A stretch of DNA of 64,000 bases, from the NCBI RefSeq assembly GCF_009914755.1, contig NC_060926.1; one strand, 5' to 3'. Positions 11,697 to 24,940 of the stretch are shown piece by piece (the first letter of the stretch is position 1; the number at the start of each line of letters is the position of its first letter). The notes under the pieces were generated by a model. It was not told where the DNA came from. It saw only the letters and a list, made by a program, of their open reading frames with translations, and ran no database searches. The stretch comes from the human T2T-CHM13v2.0 reference genome, Homo sapiens. Both the position numbers and the translations under genes were made by a program.

Positions 11697-12573
11697 GTTC
11701 CAAGTCACTACTTGCTATTCTTTTGGCAACAGTGTAAATTTTCTGTTAAGAATCTACCAGACATTGCCTCTTCTCTACATATGCTTGAGTAGGGCTCCTC
11801 CATGACTCAGGAGTAAAGCATGGTACCTGGCCCTAAAATAATCATTGCATTATATTTCCCTGGCTTCAATGGTAGGTTAAGGATAGACATGGAAGTCAAT
11901 CGAAATCATCAGGAAACAACGAGACTTCTGCTACTTCTATTCTTTCTAAAAAGGGGAAGACAGACACAAAACTACAGGGCATTTGCCAGGAACTTCGGAC
12001 AGTAGAATGCAGGTGGTAAAGAGATAAATTTTAAGGATAATGATTCACTGTAGATATCAGAAATTGTTAGATACATCCACTTTCTCCCACTCCTATTACC
12101 TCAATTTATTATGCTCCCACTGTGTATATGGTGTAGCACTAACATTTGTATGTATTAGATGATTAACTGAAAGATAAAAATCTTTTCAATAAGGAAATTT
12201 TTTCAAACAAGGATATTGAATTTCATTCTGGTATGTGAAGTGAAATGGAAAGTGAAAAATGTAAATATAGAATGGCAGTGGTTTAATTTGATATAGCTTT
12301 ACATTATTGGGAAACATTATTTGTGCTCATGTTTTTTTCTTCACTGTGAGAATTGAACATACACATAATTCTTACTGGTTTGTACTTTTAATCAAATGGG
12401 TGATGGGGAGGATAGAGTTTGAAGGAAGTTCCATGATTATCAATGGTTAGCAAGAGGGCACCGAAGGTGAAATAGACTTGAGTACATCTAAAGATGCCAG
12501 GAATCTGAGAACTAAGCTTAACTGACAGTATTGCCTATCCAGCTATTTGGATGATTATGTTTGCCATACATAT

Positions 12574-12960
12574 TGATGTGGTTTGGATTTGTGTCCTTGC
12601 CCAAATCTTGTGCTGAATTGTAATTCTCAGTGTTGGGAGTGGGCCCTGGTGGGAGGTGATTGGATCATGGTGGCATGTTTTCCCCTTTGGTGCTGTTCTC
12701 ATGATAGAGTTGTCACAGATCTGGTTGTTTAAAAGTGTGTGGTACTGCCCCCTCAGACCTCCTGCTCTGGTCATGTAAGATGTGCCTGCTTCCCCTTTGT
12801 CTTCTGCCGTGATTGTAATTTTCCTGAGGCTTCCCCAGAAGCACAAGCTGCAACACTTCCTTTACAGCCTATAGAACCGTGAGCCAATTAAATCTCTTTC
12901 CTTTGTAAGTTACCCAGTCCCAGGTATTTCTTTAAGGCAATGCAAAAATGGACTAATACA
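12574..12960 (+). mobile_element. MSTA-like MaLR solo LTR
   Basis: tgatgtggtttggatttgtgtcc..gtgggaggtgattggatcatgg..gtgagccaattaaa..ggactaataca. Near-TSD catat/tatat. Confidence 0.9.
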
Positions 12961-14366
12961 TATATATAGTAGACTTGTAAACAATATAGTTGAGTAATAA
13001 CAAAAAAACTTGAAAAACTTAATTTTTCTGATTGAATGTCAATATAACAATACTTCCATAATAATACTTGGTTTAATTGTGTCATGTCAATGAAATCTGT
13101 TTATTATGAGGTAAAACTATGGCTCCTGATCACAGGACATGCTATAGTATAAAAAGCACATGAATCTGGAATCTTCTTTCCCAATCTTAATTCCATTAAT
13201 GATATACTATATCACCATAGTCACTTATTTCCTCATTTGCTTGTAAGATGTAGATAAAAATTTCAAGCATTTTTATGAGAAGAAAATGTTTGCAAAGTTG
13301 GTCAAGAAATATGAGCTACATAGAATTATTAAGTATTTTATGTCAGTAAAAGAAACGAAGTGATCAGTTGTGAGATTCTCTAAATAAATTTTTCTATACA
13401 TTACGTTTTTTGAAAATTTGGTAGAGTGATTAGAGAAACTCAATATTTTTAAAGATTTCTCAGCCCCCCAAAAGGAAAATGGACCATTTGTTTTACATCA
13501 CCCATTTGTTTCAGAGTGGAAACAGCTGAAGCATCATGCAGCCAAAGAATCATGTCATAATTCTGAAAACTACCCTGCATACTATTCCAAATAAGAAATA
13601 GTCATTTAATCATAGAATCTTAATTCTGAGAAACATTTTTTAGGCCACTAAAAAAAGTTTTATAAATGAGGAAACAGAAGATAAAAGGCTTACTGACTTA
13701 TAGTTTTCTCAGATACTTCTGATTTCCAATTTTAGTTTTATTCACTGTGAAAAGTAAATAAACTGTGTTCTAAATTCATTGTACACCAAGATTTAAGGGT
13801 GTTTGGGCTCAATTTTTGGGCAGTTGAAGAAAGTGCTCAGAATTTGGTGATATCCCATAATAATTTTGAATATACATATACTGTATATGATTTTTGAGCA
13901 GTAATATTTCCAAAATTTCACCACTGTAGCTTTCAGGCCATCATATCATCAATGGTCTGTCAACCTGGTACCACAACTTAAATGAAAGATACTTGAAATT
14001 GTTGTAGCATTTTTTCTGTGGACGACTGAAATCTAGCAAATTAATGAGACAAAACGGCTACATTTCAGGGCATTATGCTTGTGTCACCAAGACCTGATTC
14101 TCATTTTAAAAGAATATGCATTACAATGAGAAACCAAATGTTTTATAGTGATGGTATCAGTTAGGGTTCAGTTGCAGATGTCAGGAATCATGTTTGCCAG
14201 TTTAAGTAGAAAGACAGTAAACTTTTCATTGTTTAAAGATTATGGGTGAATAGTTCCAATAAGACCTGAGTATTTGAAAATATAGTGATGTAGAGGAGAA
14301 TTAAAAGACATAGAGGAAGGAAGAAAATAAGGGAAGGTATAAAGGAGAAAAGAAAGGAGGGAAGGA

Positions 14367-14766
14367 TGTAGGATATGTTGGTATCCCTGCCAGATCCTTT
14401 TTATTGGATGAGGAAGCCATCCTCCAGCTGTGCAAGTGTTAAGCTAACTCTGGAGAATTGTCCTTGGCTGACCCGATTCTCATGGGCTAATTCTTGTGAG
14501 GTTATATGCCTCCCTGGGGCAGCCAATGAGTGACTTTACAAGGTACAAAGGCCCAGCCCTCTTGCTTCCAGGTGACGCAACTCTGTCAGTGTGATTTCCA
14601 CTCTGGACTAGACTTTCCCTGAGGCCACATGGTTGCCAGCTCTTTCTCCTTTCCTCTCCTTCCCATCTTCTCATATAGGTTTTTCCTAAAGAGTACTTCC
14701 ACACAAAATCATATGTGCCTTAAACCCTGTCTCAGTCCCTGCTTCTAGGGAAGCCTACTTAAGAGA
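14367..14766 (+). mobile_element. LTR16-family (ERVL) LTR
   Basis: ggggcagccaatgagtgac..tacaaaggcccagccctcttgc..tccctgaggccaca..tgtctcagtccctgcttctagggaa. Confidence 0.7.
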
Positions 14767-15316
14767 AAGGAAAAAAGAAATAGAAACAGAAAGCAAACAA
14801 ACCTTGTCATCCGGCCTTGAGAGACATTTATGATACCATTAAACCCAGGAAAATTATATTACGTGCCTTTGTCTTCCACTGTAATTTACTAGAGAACCTA
14901 GTCTCTTCCCAACCATTCTTTAAAATTTTTCACTGAAAACTCAATATGAGCACCCACTTGTAGCAAATATATTGAGATCAATTCTACTGCCAAATGCAGA
15001 TTTCTCATGAAACTCACACAGAAGGAACCAGAAAAGGAACAAACTTGATTTCTTTGTTGAAGCATATTGATTTCATTTGAAGGGATTAGTGTTAGAATGA
15101 ATAGAGGTTATTCTTACTTTATCCAGTGGATCTGAATAAATACAATGAAGCTTGTCATGCGAGTAGGTTAAAAAAAAAAGAGAAAGCTTCAGAGAGTGTT
15201 TACCTAAACACATGATATTCGTGCTGATTAATAAAAAGAAGACAGAAGACAGAAGGTACATTTCTAATACGATGAAGCATTTATCCGACATTCTAAGGGC
15301 ATTTACATGTTATTCC

Positions 15317-15319
<3 letters not shown>

Positions 15320-15355
<36 letters not shown>

Positions 15356-15367
15356 TGTGTGTGTGTG
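15320..15367. repeat. (TG)n microsatellite with a GC interruption
   Basis: TG run containing an internal gcgc. Confidence 0.95.
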
Positions 15368-15828
15368 GTGGTAGGCAGAATACTACCCTTCACCCCAGAG
15401 ATGTCCATGTCTTAATTGTGGAGCCTGTTACTAGGTCAGGTTACATGGCAAAGGGAAATTAAGGCTGCTTATCTGCTGAATTTAATGTGGGAGAGTGCCT
15501 GGATTATCCAGGTGGGTCCAATGTAATCGTAAGAGTCCTTAAAAAAGGAAGCAGGAGGCACATTTGCCTTAAATTAATGTTAAAGTGGTGCCATGAAGAT
15601 GGCAGGGGGCCACCAGCCAAGGAATGCTGGCAGCCTTTAGAATCTGGAAAAAGGAAGGAAATGGATTTTCCCCTAGAGCCTGCAGAAGGAATGCAGCCCC
15701 GTTGAGATTTGATTTTCGCTTAGAAGACCTGTCAGACTTCTGACCTACAGAACTGTAAAATAATTTGTTTTGTGTTAAACCACTAAGGTAATTATAATTT
15801 GTTATAGTAGTGATGGGAACCTAATACA
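15368..15828 (+). mobile_element. MLT1D-like MaLR LTR
   Basis: tggtaggcagaata..gatgtccatgtc..ggattatccaggtgggtccaatgtaatc..gccaaggaatgc..ttctgacctacagaactgta..ctaataca. Confidence 0.85.
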
Positions 15829-15989
15829 GTGTGTTTTTAAAAATGTTATTGTATTTTTTCCAACTATAACAATAGTTAAATGAGCACATGGTTGTTCCTA
15901 TAAAAGAGAGAGATACAGAAAAATGTAATACATTTTCTTCTTTCAGCATCAGCACCTGAGCTAAGCAATGTTTCATGTCCTTCTCTAAT

Positions 15990-16370
15990 TTTGCTATTGT
16001 TGTACAAACATAGTCTTGTGACCACATAGTTATTTTTATAATTAATTGTTTGCAAAAAATGGGATTATCTCTTCTTTTTTTCACTTAAACATAATATGGG
16101 CCTTATTCCATGTCAACTGGTTTAAAAAATCTTAACCTTTTGTTTTTATAGTTTTGAAATTTTCCATAAGGTTGATATAGTTTACTCCATCATTTCTTAT
16201 TGATGAATATTCGTATTTCTAGTTTTTGTTGTTGTTGCTATGTGTTTTTTTTGCCATGATATACAATGCTGTAATTAATAATGCTCCTGTGTGCATATTT
16301 ATATGTGCTGAAACTTTTATATTTATATAATTTGTTTACTGAAAATGAGAATGCTAAATTTTGTTTATTT
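15990..16370 (-). mobile_element. L1ME-type fragment
   Basis: aaaaatgggattat..tttcacttaa..ttccatgtca..cttattgatgaatatt..acaatgctgtaattaa. Confidence 0.5.
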
Positions 16371-16999
16371 TTTAATCTGGCACTTATAGGCCAAGTATAT
16401 CATCAAATGTAACAAAGATAATCTCTAAACCTCACTCTAAAATTAACTTTATCCTTTTATTTCACTACATTTAGGATTTCAGCTACTAACATGCAAAAAG
16501 AAAAAATCAACTGGTGTTTTTTTCTCTTATTCCCAAACCTATATTATTAAAAAATATATTAAAAGTGAGAGAATTCTCATAAAGATGAGCAGCAAAGGAA
16601 AGCAAAATGTCTACGTATTTTCTTCTAAAATTCTAAGATTACTTGAGGATGTAGCATTAATTATCAATCTCTAGATCGTACTTGCCACCAGTAGTGGTGG
16701 GTTTTTTTTTTTCCCTGCAGGGTTCAGTTATAAAACGTGCTGAGACCTCAATGGAAACTAAGCAGGAAGAGGTGTAAGGGAGTACATATTTAGGGAAAAT
16801 TAACTAGAATTTAGAGCTGCCCTACTAGAAAAGTTGTGAAATAAATTACAATATCAAAACAAACGCAAGTTTTACAGGCTCTGATATGGGGAGTAAGCTA
16901 TGACATCTATGGTACCTACCATGCTGGGAAGGGGAGGCCATATTTAGTAATGGTATAATCGGTATGTGAAATAACATGGTGGGACTGGAAAAAGATTTT

Positions 17000-18100
17000 A
17001 ACATTTGCTGTCGTTTTCTGTTTAAGTTTCTTCTATCACCTAGCGCTTCCAGTGCCCATGGATGAGATCTTTGGTAGGTCTCATACTTTGTATAAGTCTC
17101 TTAAGTTAAAAAAAAAAAAAAAGTTTGCTTCTCCCTCCTAATCAGAAAACCCCACTCATTTCATTGATTAAAATTCCAATCCCATGTAATGGGCAAATGA
17201 CAGACTTCATTGTGCATTCATCTCTCTCTTCCAGTGCTAATGCTCATTCCAGCTAGAGGTTTGCATTAGGGGTGGGGAAAGGTGATGTCTTTATGTTCAT
17301 CTGTATCTTCTTAGCACTGCTACTCCTATCCAAGTCTCTGGACTGCTGCTGCCTCTGCCATGGTGGGAGTTTGGAAGGGAGGAGAATTAAGAGGTTGGAA
17401 AGGTCTTATGTGACCAGCTTAGGTAGTATCTGTTGTTGATTTTCTCTGGACTTGGCTGTTGTTTAAAGTGACTCTCTCATGGCTGTTCAGCAAACCACTT
17501 CGTGATTTTCCTGAAGCTCTTTCTACGTGGATAGAAATTCTCCTTCATCTATTCATTTATGATTCCCATACAGCCTTTGTACCTGGCTATAAACCTTTAG
17601 CCTCCCTTGCTGAGATTATCTTGCCCTTCACAGGAAGCCCTCTTGGTCATCATTCACAACCTCTTCAGGCTATGTCTGTGTCCCATGGACCCACACGTTG
17701 TCCTTGGGAAACCTGGCCCTAGACCCACTGTGACATGAGTCATCTGCTTTCCTAACCAGCCCTGTACTCTGCAACCACATGCTGTTTTAGTCAGACTCTT
17801 GCCCTTTACACAGCCAGGCTTGAGTTGGAGACTAGACTAGATGTCCTCAAACTCCAGGGAACTTTGTTTGTCAAACTCCTCAAGAAACAGTCTCCTTAAT
17901 GTCTTGCTCATCTTACTTCTGATGGGGGCAAACTCCCTACATGTCCCCACATGCCTTCTCCAGCCCTATAGCAACCATCTCCAAAGAAATCTTTCTGTTC
18001 TCCAATGTAGGCGTGTGCCTCTCCAACTACTTTAAAAAGTCAGAGGTGAGTGGAAATCTCACGTTAACAAAGCAGATTCACAGATGGCTCTTTCACAATC
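17000..18100 (-). mobile_element. Probable ancient LTR (LTR78/79 or MamGypsy-like), family uncertain
   Basis: CT-rich block of about 1.1 kb with gatgagatctttggtaggtctc and similar motifs recalled from ancient eutherian LTRs. Confidence 0.3.
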
Positions 18101-18519
18101 CTGCTTAGGTAGTCTAGTATTTCACATTAGAAAATTAAAGCATTTGGCACCTACTGTCCTGGACTTCAGTGGAAACCAACAGAAACAGTCCCATTCAATA
18201 TCCTATTACTTTGGTCAGACTTGTGGATCCTGGAAAGCACAGCCAGTGGCTAAAACTCTAGAAAATGAGAACCAGGCCCTGGAGGTGATGTGGCTGGCAG
18301 GAATAAAGCAAAATATTGGAATATCATTCAAATAGGCTGACGTTCAATGCAGGATTCCAGTGTTAAAAGAGGTGGTACAGTTGGAAATTTAGAGCAAAAA
18401 CTAGTTCTAAGTCCTGGGAAAATATAGTAGATCTGGGAGGGAAAAATCAGCAAGCTTGTGTCCAGGCTGCTTATGGCACACACTACACGCTAGTTGTTAA
18501 TATACTTATATTAGTAGAT

Positions 18520-18722
18520 TATTATTAATACTGAGAATTAATTTTATACCAGTGGAAGCTAGAGATTATCATCTATATGGTGCTTATTTTGAAAAGTGTC
18601 GTTGGTTAAATATGATTATGGTCACATACAAGGATCATATATAGATTTAAAATAGTTTTTATATCAGTTATTTGACTGTGGTATTAGACTCAAAGTAATG
18701 ATTTTGAAATTGGAAACTGGCT
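18520..18722. repeat. 203-bp direct repeat, copy 1
   Basis: Identical to 19892-20094 except at 18528 (a vs g) and 18601 (g vs a). Confidence 0.97.
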
Positions 18723-19769
18723 TTTCTATTGTTTCAAGGACTATATGAGCTGAGTCTGCTCTCAGGTATTAATGATACAGGTGTTGAGTTTCTGCACTTT
18801 TTCCAGGTACTTTGCTGGGTGCTGATAGAATGAGGATGAGCTTCTGCCCCTGTGGAGCTCAGTCTAAATTGAGGTGTCTCTGAGGTCAGGTAGAAGTGAA
18901 TGATGTTACTGCTACTGTTTTGTCCTTATCTTCCTAGACTCTTTTCCTTTTGATCCTGTTATATTTATGAGTATCTTTAATTTAAAAGGAGCAAGGACAG
19001 ACAGAATTGGTTAAACTGAGGTAAATTCTGACACATTTTAAAGCTTGGATGAAAGTTACATAAGAATCTGGATACAAAAAAAGGTAAGAATTATTAGAGA
19101 TTATAAATCACCAGTGCTCCCATTTGTATGAAAATTGTGTTCTAAATTATTAATTTTTATATTAATTGAATCAGAAAAAGTAGCAGAGTTTAATTGCTTT
19201 CTTTAAAATCTCTAAAATTAGGGGAAAAGTTTTTTCTTGTCTTAACCTTCTTACATTTCATTCTATTCTGTTTTAATGTTTGCTTCATTTCCAGACCAGA
19301 CTGTGGCAGAAGGCCAGCTGCAATCTGAAAGAGATCAGTCACGGTCTTTAGTGTATTAAGAATATGTTCATATTAATAGATTTCCTCTAAGGATATCTTA
19401 CATCACCATTCGAGAGCCAAGTTTAAAATATTGTGTATAATATTTTGAACACGGAGATTTCATGGAGACAACAGGTGCCAGTCTGTATATGTGTGCGTCT
19501 TCGATTGCTGTCATTAAATGGGTTTAATTCCATTGAGTTTGAAAGTGACTCTTTGTTTTTGAGTCTCTGTAAATTAAAATACTAAGCGACTAAGCATCTT
19601 CAGAATTTCTACTTTTTGTTGCTGTAACAGTATACTGCATATCAGTGTACATTTGTTAAAGGTAAGCCTGCTTGGGACAAAAGACGCAAAAGAACACAGG
19701 CGCAATTCGGTGCTGAGGTCAGAGATAAAGATTGGATTTCTTCAATCCTATTCTTGGAAATAGAACTTA

Positions 19770-19865
19770 TAAATCTTTAAGGTTGGGTGGGACCTTAGAG
19801 AACATGTAATCTAATCATCTAATTTTACAGGTGAGGAAATTACACCCTATAATGGAAACTTAACC
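19770..19865. mobile_element. MIR fragment
   Basis: gggaccttagag..atctaatc..attttacaggtgaggaaa MIR core. Confidence 0.6.
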
Positions 19866-19891
19866 TTTCTTTGCCCAAATAGTTTTTGAAA

Positions 19892-20094
19892 TATTATTAG
19901 TACTGAGAATTAATTTTATACCAGTGGAAGCTAGAGATTATCATCTATATGGTGCTTATTTTGAAAAGTGTCATTGGTTAAATATGATTATGGTCACATA
20001 CAAGGATCATATATAGATTTAAAATAGTTTTTATATCAGTTATTTGACTGTGGTATTAGACTCAAAGTAATGATTTTGAAATTGGAAACTGGCT
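19892..20094. repeat. 203-bp direct repeat, copy 2
   Basis: Offset 1372 bp from copy 1, with 201/203 identity. Confidence 0.97.
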
Positions 20095-21224
20095 CAAAAC
20101 TGTGTTTACCCGCTCCACTGTAATATAATTTTAAACTAACATTTCTGAAGGAAACTGAACAGTCTAATTGTGCAGTTTTCTTGGAAATGATTGGTTTAAA
20201 CTTAAGTAAGTGAATTTAATTAAATTATAATTAAAATTTAATTACAAAGTAAAATTAATAAATATTTAATAGTTAAGTCTAATTATTTGATATCTGGAAT
20301 AGAAATCAAGGATCTACTATTCTCTACATAGGTTAGACAAAGACTGCCATATGACTGGGAATATTTATTGTGTGAATGGTTGGAAGGGTTCACTGCCTTG
20401 GACCCCTTTTCGTATGGGCTGAGAGGCCTGTCAGTTTCAGGCTGTAACCCCTCACTAGGAAGCTGTCTGAAATAACAGTGCAAATACAATAGTTTATGGT
20501 CCATCTAAGGGTGGAAATTAATGAGACAGGCAGACAATCAGGGGAGGACACAGTTTACTTTCCCTTGGAAATTGACAGCCTGAATATTTACAATTTATTT
20601 ATGATTTGCTCAAATGGAAACAGCCTTATTTTTTCATACCCTATCCTTTTTAGTTACTTTTTGATTCTCTGAATCAAGAATTGCTCTTTGCAAAAGAGGA
20701 AAGTAGAAACCCACCCCTGTGTTACGTCTTTTGACCACAATGGTAATCATTCTTCCAATTTTACTCTTAACACTCCAGATATCTTAAGCATAAAGATCTT
20801 TAAGGTATTGTGTGCATATGTGACAGTTTTATGTGAATCTATTTAAGATTTTAAGAGCAAGGAAAGATTCTGAAATGCTTCTTTTTCTGCCATTGCAAAA
20901 CTGACATGTTAATCTTTTATCTTTGTGACAGATGCTAGGAGTGTGGTAGCATAGATTGAATTTTCTTTTAGGCAGGCCTCCCAGTTCCAGAGAATGAATA
21001 CAGTACTAAAAATAAACAGTAGTACAATGAGAATATTTGTAACCTGGCAATTTTACATTCAAAGAGAGAGTACATAAATGTATTTAAGAAGGAGCTGAAA
21101 CAGACTTCTTTTAAGATACATGTATATATAATGTTGCAAAATGATTTTTAAAAATATGCAACTGAAAATGGCAAATGTAGTTTGAACTCATAAGTATTGG
21201 GGTGATGGGGAAGGAATAGATCTT

Positions 21225-21435
21225 GTTGTGTACTTACTATATGCAAGATAAAGTGTTAGGTGCTGTGCAAATATTGTTTCCTTTAAATTTGACAACATCC
21301 CTGCACATATGAAACAATTGCCTTTGGCTGTCAGATGAGGAATTGGAGTAACAGAAATTAAGTAACTTGCCTAGCTAAAGTCATAGGTCATGTAAAGATG
21401 GAGTTAGTATTGTAGATCAAGTTTGCCTGATTTGA
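21225..21435 (-). mobile_element. MIR
   Basis: cttactatatgc..cagatgaggaattggag..aagtaacttgcctag. Confidence 0.6.
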
Positions 21436-21627
21436 ATAGGGGAAGATGGGTGTGGGATCACTATTTTTTTCTTTTGTTCAGTAAAAAGATTCACTACTTA
21501 ATCTGAAATTTTTTCGGAGTACTATTGATTGGCATAGCTTGTAGCTCAGCCACAGGCACAGGTTATACATGAGGCATAATGGAAGCAATAATTAATGGTA
21601 CATTTCTTTCCCTTAAATCCTCATCTT

Positions 21628-21828
21628 GAACACATGGACACAGGAGGGGAACATCACACACCGGGACCTGTCGGGGTGTGGGACGCTAGGGGAGGGATAG
21701 CATTAGGAGAAATAGCTAATGTAGGTGATAGGTTGATGGGTGCAGCAAACCACATGGCACATGTATACCTATGTAACAAAACTGCATGTTCTGCACATGT
21801 ACTCCAGAACTTAAAGTATAATAAAAAT
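21628..21828 (+). mobile_element. L1PA7/8-like 3' end (5'-truncated, ~200 bp)
   Basis: ctaggggagggatagcattaggagaaata..gggtgcagcaaacc..cagaacttaaagtataat. TSD aaatcctcatctt at 21615-21627 and 21829-21841. Confidence 0.95.
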
Positions 21829-21899
21829 AAATCCTCATCTTATCCATTACCAAAACTCTCCATTCTCTAGAAAGCACACCTCAAATATATTTGTTTCTA

Positions 21900-24800
21900 C
21901 TGTTTTGTTTTTATGAACCTGATCCAAATCACCATCACGATATTCTCAAGATTCTTGTTGATGACCTCAATATTCCCCTCTTTGGTCTTCCTGCTTCCAT
22001 TCTGGCTACCTCCAATGTGTTCTCCAGGGTTTAAATGAAGAAATTGTTCTAAGTGTAAATTAGAACTTCCTGATTATAACTTTTTATTGTCTTCTCAATC
22101 TGTTTAGAATAAAATCAAACGTTCTTAATGTGGTGGACAAGTCTCTTAGTTTTATGGCTTTTGGCCACCTCTCTATGTGCTTATCTAATATCACTCTCCT
22201 CAATATTTCTTATACTTTAGCCACACTTGGTTTTTTTTTTCTATATACCAACCTTTATTCTGCCTTAGGAGCTTGTGTATGTCATGATTTCTGCCTGGAA
22301 GATTCTATCCCATTATTTCCATAATCTAAAAATAATCTTTTCTATGGCTGGTTAGCTTGAATGTCAACTACTTAACTACTCAGATTATCTAGACTACTGT
22401 AAATCCCATTGTGCTTTTTCTTAATAGCATTTAAAATCAATTTGTCATATTATGGAGATTTTTTGTTTGTTTATTTATGTACAGACTATACTAAACTCTA
22501 AGTTCAAAGACAATATACTTTGAGTTTACCACAGTGTATTCTCCCTTTAATTCAATGCTGGGCACAAAGGTTAGGGTTCAGTCCATATTAGTTGAGCAAA
22601 TTGAATAAAATCAGCATAATCAACTTTACTTGTTTATTCTGTGATTCTTAATAAAATGAAAACCTGAGGATCAATTATTATATACATTAATTGGTCACTT
22701 AGTTACATCATAACAAGGGAAGTGTTTTTTAAGAGTGAAAGGTATTATGCTGTAAGGAAGACAAAAGATGGAGCAACTGATTTTTGCCTCAGAAAAGAAT
22801 TCACTGACATGGTGATGTAAACTAGGTTTTAATGATGAGTTACAATTTTTTTAGGTTAAGAAAGCTAAATAGATTTTGGAGGATATTTGAGAGAATGGGA
22901 AGGTATAGATTGGCTAAATAAAAAGCTTCTGGGTACAAGGTAGGAGCACAAGCTGGTTGGAATAATGATGGAAGAGGAGCCCCAAAGTAAAATTGCTTTG
23001 AATATGCTTCTATTCGAGAATATGAAGTTTCCAATAGGAAAGTGACATGATCCCTATTGCTTTATAGGAAGGTAGTGTGTGAGTAAAATACACTGAAATT
23101 GGGAAAAACTGGTGAGAACAGTTAGGATGGTATTAAGATATTCCATCCAAGAAATGCTGGAAGACTTAGTTGATTGATTAATTTCGTTTTAGCTATGCAA
23201 CAGAGATGATAATATCTGCTGGAATATGGAAATTCTGACTTCAAAAGAAGTAATTAGAAGTACTTATATATTATTTATCTGGGAATGTTTCCATCTATAT
23301 TCTTTGTCAGTCATGTGTTTGATTTTTAAACATTTTTCTTTAGTATACTTTTTTCTAGAATACATTACATTTGAAAGTAGGGTACTCCTCTAACAGAGTT
23401 TATATTTATTATGCAAGTGCCAGGTACAATGAAATGAAGAACATGGTAAACTCTACAGTATTTGAGAATAGGTGGCAGAGAGACTTTATAAATCATGTGA
23501 TACTTGAGCTAAGACCTAATACATGGGGGCAGGTTCACTTCAGGCAGAAGGAGCAGCTTAAGCAAAGGCAAAGAGGCATGGTCTGAGCCAGGAAACACAA
23601 TTAATGTAATATGCCTGAACTACAGAAATAATAGAAGTGAAGATTGTCATGTGTCCATTGATTGTGGACTTTGGCTGAGCAAACGGGAGCTTGGATGAAA
23701 TACATTAATAATTTTTTTACCATTTTTGGACTCTGAGCGTGTAGTCACCTAAAAGTGAGACTGCAGACATATACATATAACTGAGCAAGTTATAGCTATT
23801 TAAATGCTATTTCAATAGCTAGATTCTTACCACCACAAATATTCTAAATGTTCTCTTTTTCTCATTGCAAACCTCAACCTTCAAACCCAACCTTACCTCA
23901 CCAATGTCTTGTGATATATGGCTTTGAAGAGGGAGCCATCTGACAAGACATGATGCAACTTCCTATCTCCTGGCTTCAAAGCTCCTCCTCCTTTTGCCTA
24001 TCTGACCCCCATCCTATGCTCTCTTTTCTGATCTGTTATCCCCATTACACTACTCTTTGAAGGAAAGAATAAATCTGCCATCACTAGTTTTACCTCCTAC
24101 TCACCCTTAACCTCTTGCAATCCAGTTACTTTCCTTACTGCTCTTTGTAATTATTTTTGTAATTCCTCAAATTCCAGGGTGAATTAACTTTTTTCAGTCC
24201 TTCTAAGTTTTAGGCCCACTTGTTGACTCTCCATTCCCCCTTGGCCTGCATGCGTGACAACCTCCTTGTTTTCTTTAAATATTCCCTTTTTGACATCTCA
24301 TCTTTTGTTCTTCCACGTGGATTAATCCTCAGTTATTTCCTTTATTCAATCTCTCTTTTTCTCTAGATTCTCAATTAACCTTTTTTTTTTTTTTTTGCTG
24401 TATGGATAATTACCAGATTAATATCTATAAATCCAATTTATCTCCAGGGTCCAGATCCACATTTCTAAACTTCTGGTTAAAAATGTTTTCGTTCTTCTGT
24501 ATTCTGTTAGTTCTTCAAACTCAAGCAGTATTGCAGATTTTAAGCCAATAACTCTTTCTTCATTCTGTCAGAGAACCAGCAATTTCCCAGTTGTTCATGC
24601 TTCTCAGGCAAGCTACTTTCTCTTCTTAGTCTTTCATGTGTAATACTGACAATTGAATATTGAGGCAATTTCTTTCACTGAGCTTATTTTAGTTTCTCCT
24701 TTCATTCTCATTGCTGTACTTTGGCTCATAGCCTTATTTCCCCTTGTCTACAAAAGCATGATGCCATGCTAACGTGCCATGCTAACATGTTCTCACTTGA

Positions 24801-24940
24801 TCCTTTGAATATGCTGAAGCCAGACTATTTTAGACCAGTGGGGGAAAAACATCCCACCATTCCCCAGATAAAAAAAATCTTCAATGGCTCCCTAATTCCT
24901 ACAAAATTTAGAGAAAACTTCCCAGTCAATATTTAAAAGT
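21900..24940. mobile_element. Cluster of decayed L2 fragments on both strands (~21900-22610 +, ~22720-23640 -, ~24000-24940 +)
   Basis: ttagaataaaatc.., tgcctggaa.., gctgggcaca..ttgagcaaattgaa and purine-rich antisense L2 motifs. Confidence 0.55.

Noticed and set aside
18520-20094. Direct repeats read as the LTR pair of a small retroelement (TRIM-like)
   Set aside because: No TG..CA termini, primer-binding site, polypurine tract or flanking TSD is visible, and the internal region contains an ancient MIR fragment.
20205-20285. Extremely AT-rich patch with a 14-bp palindrome aatttaattaaatt
   Set aside because: Low-complexity sequence in which palindromes arise trivially.
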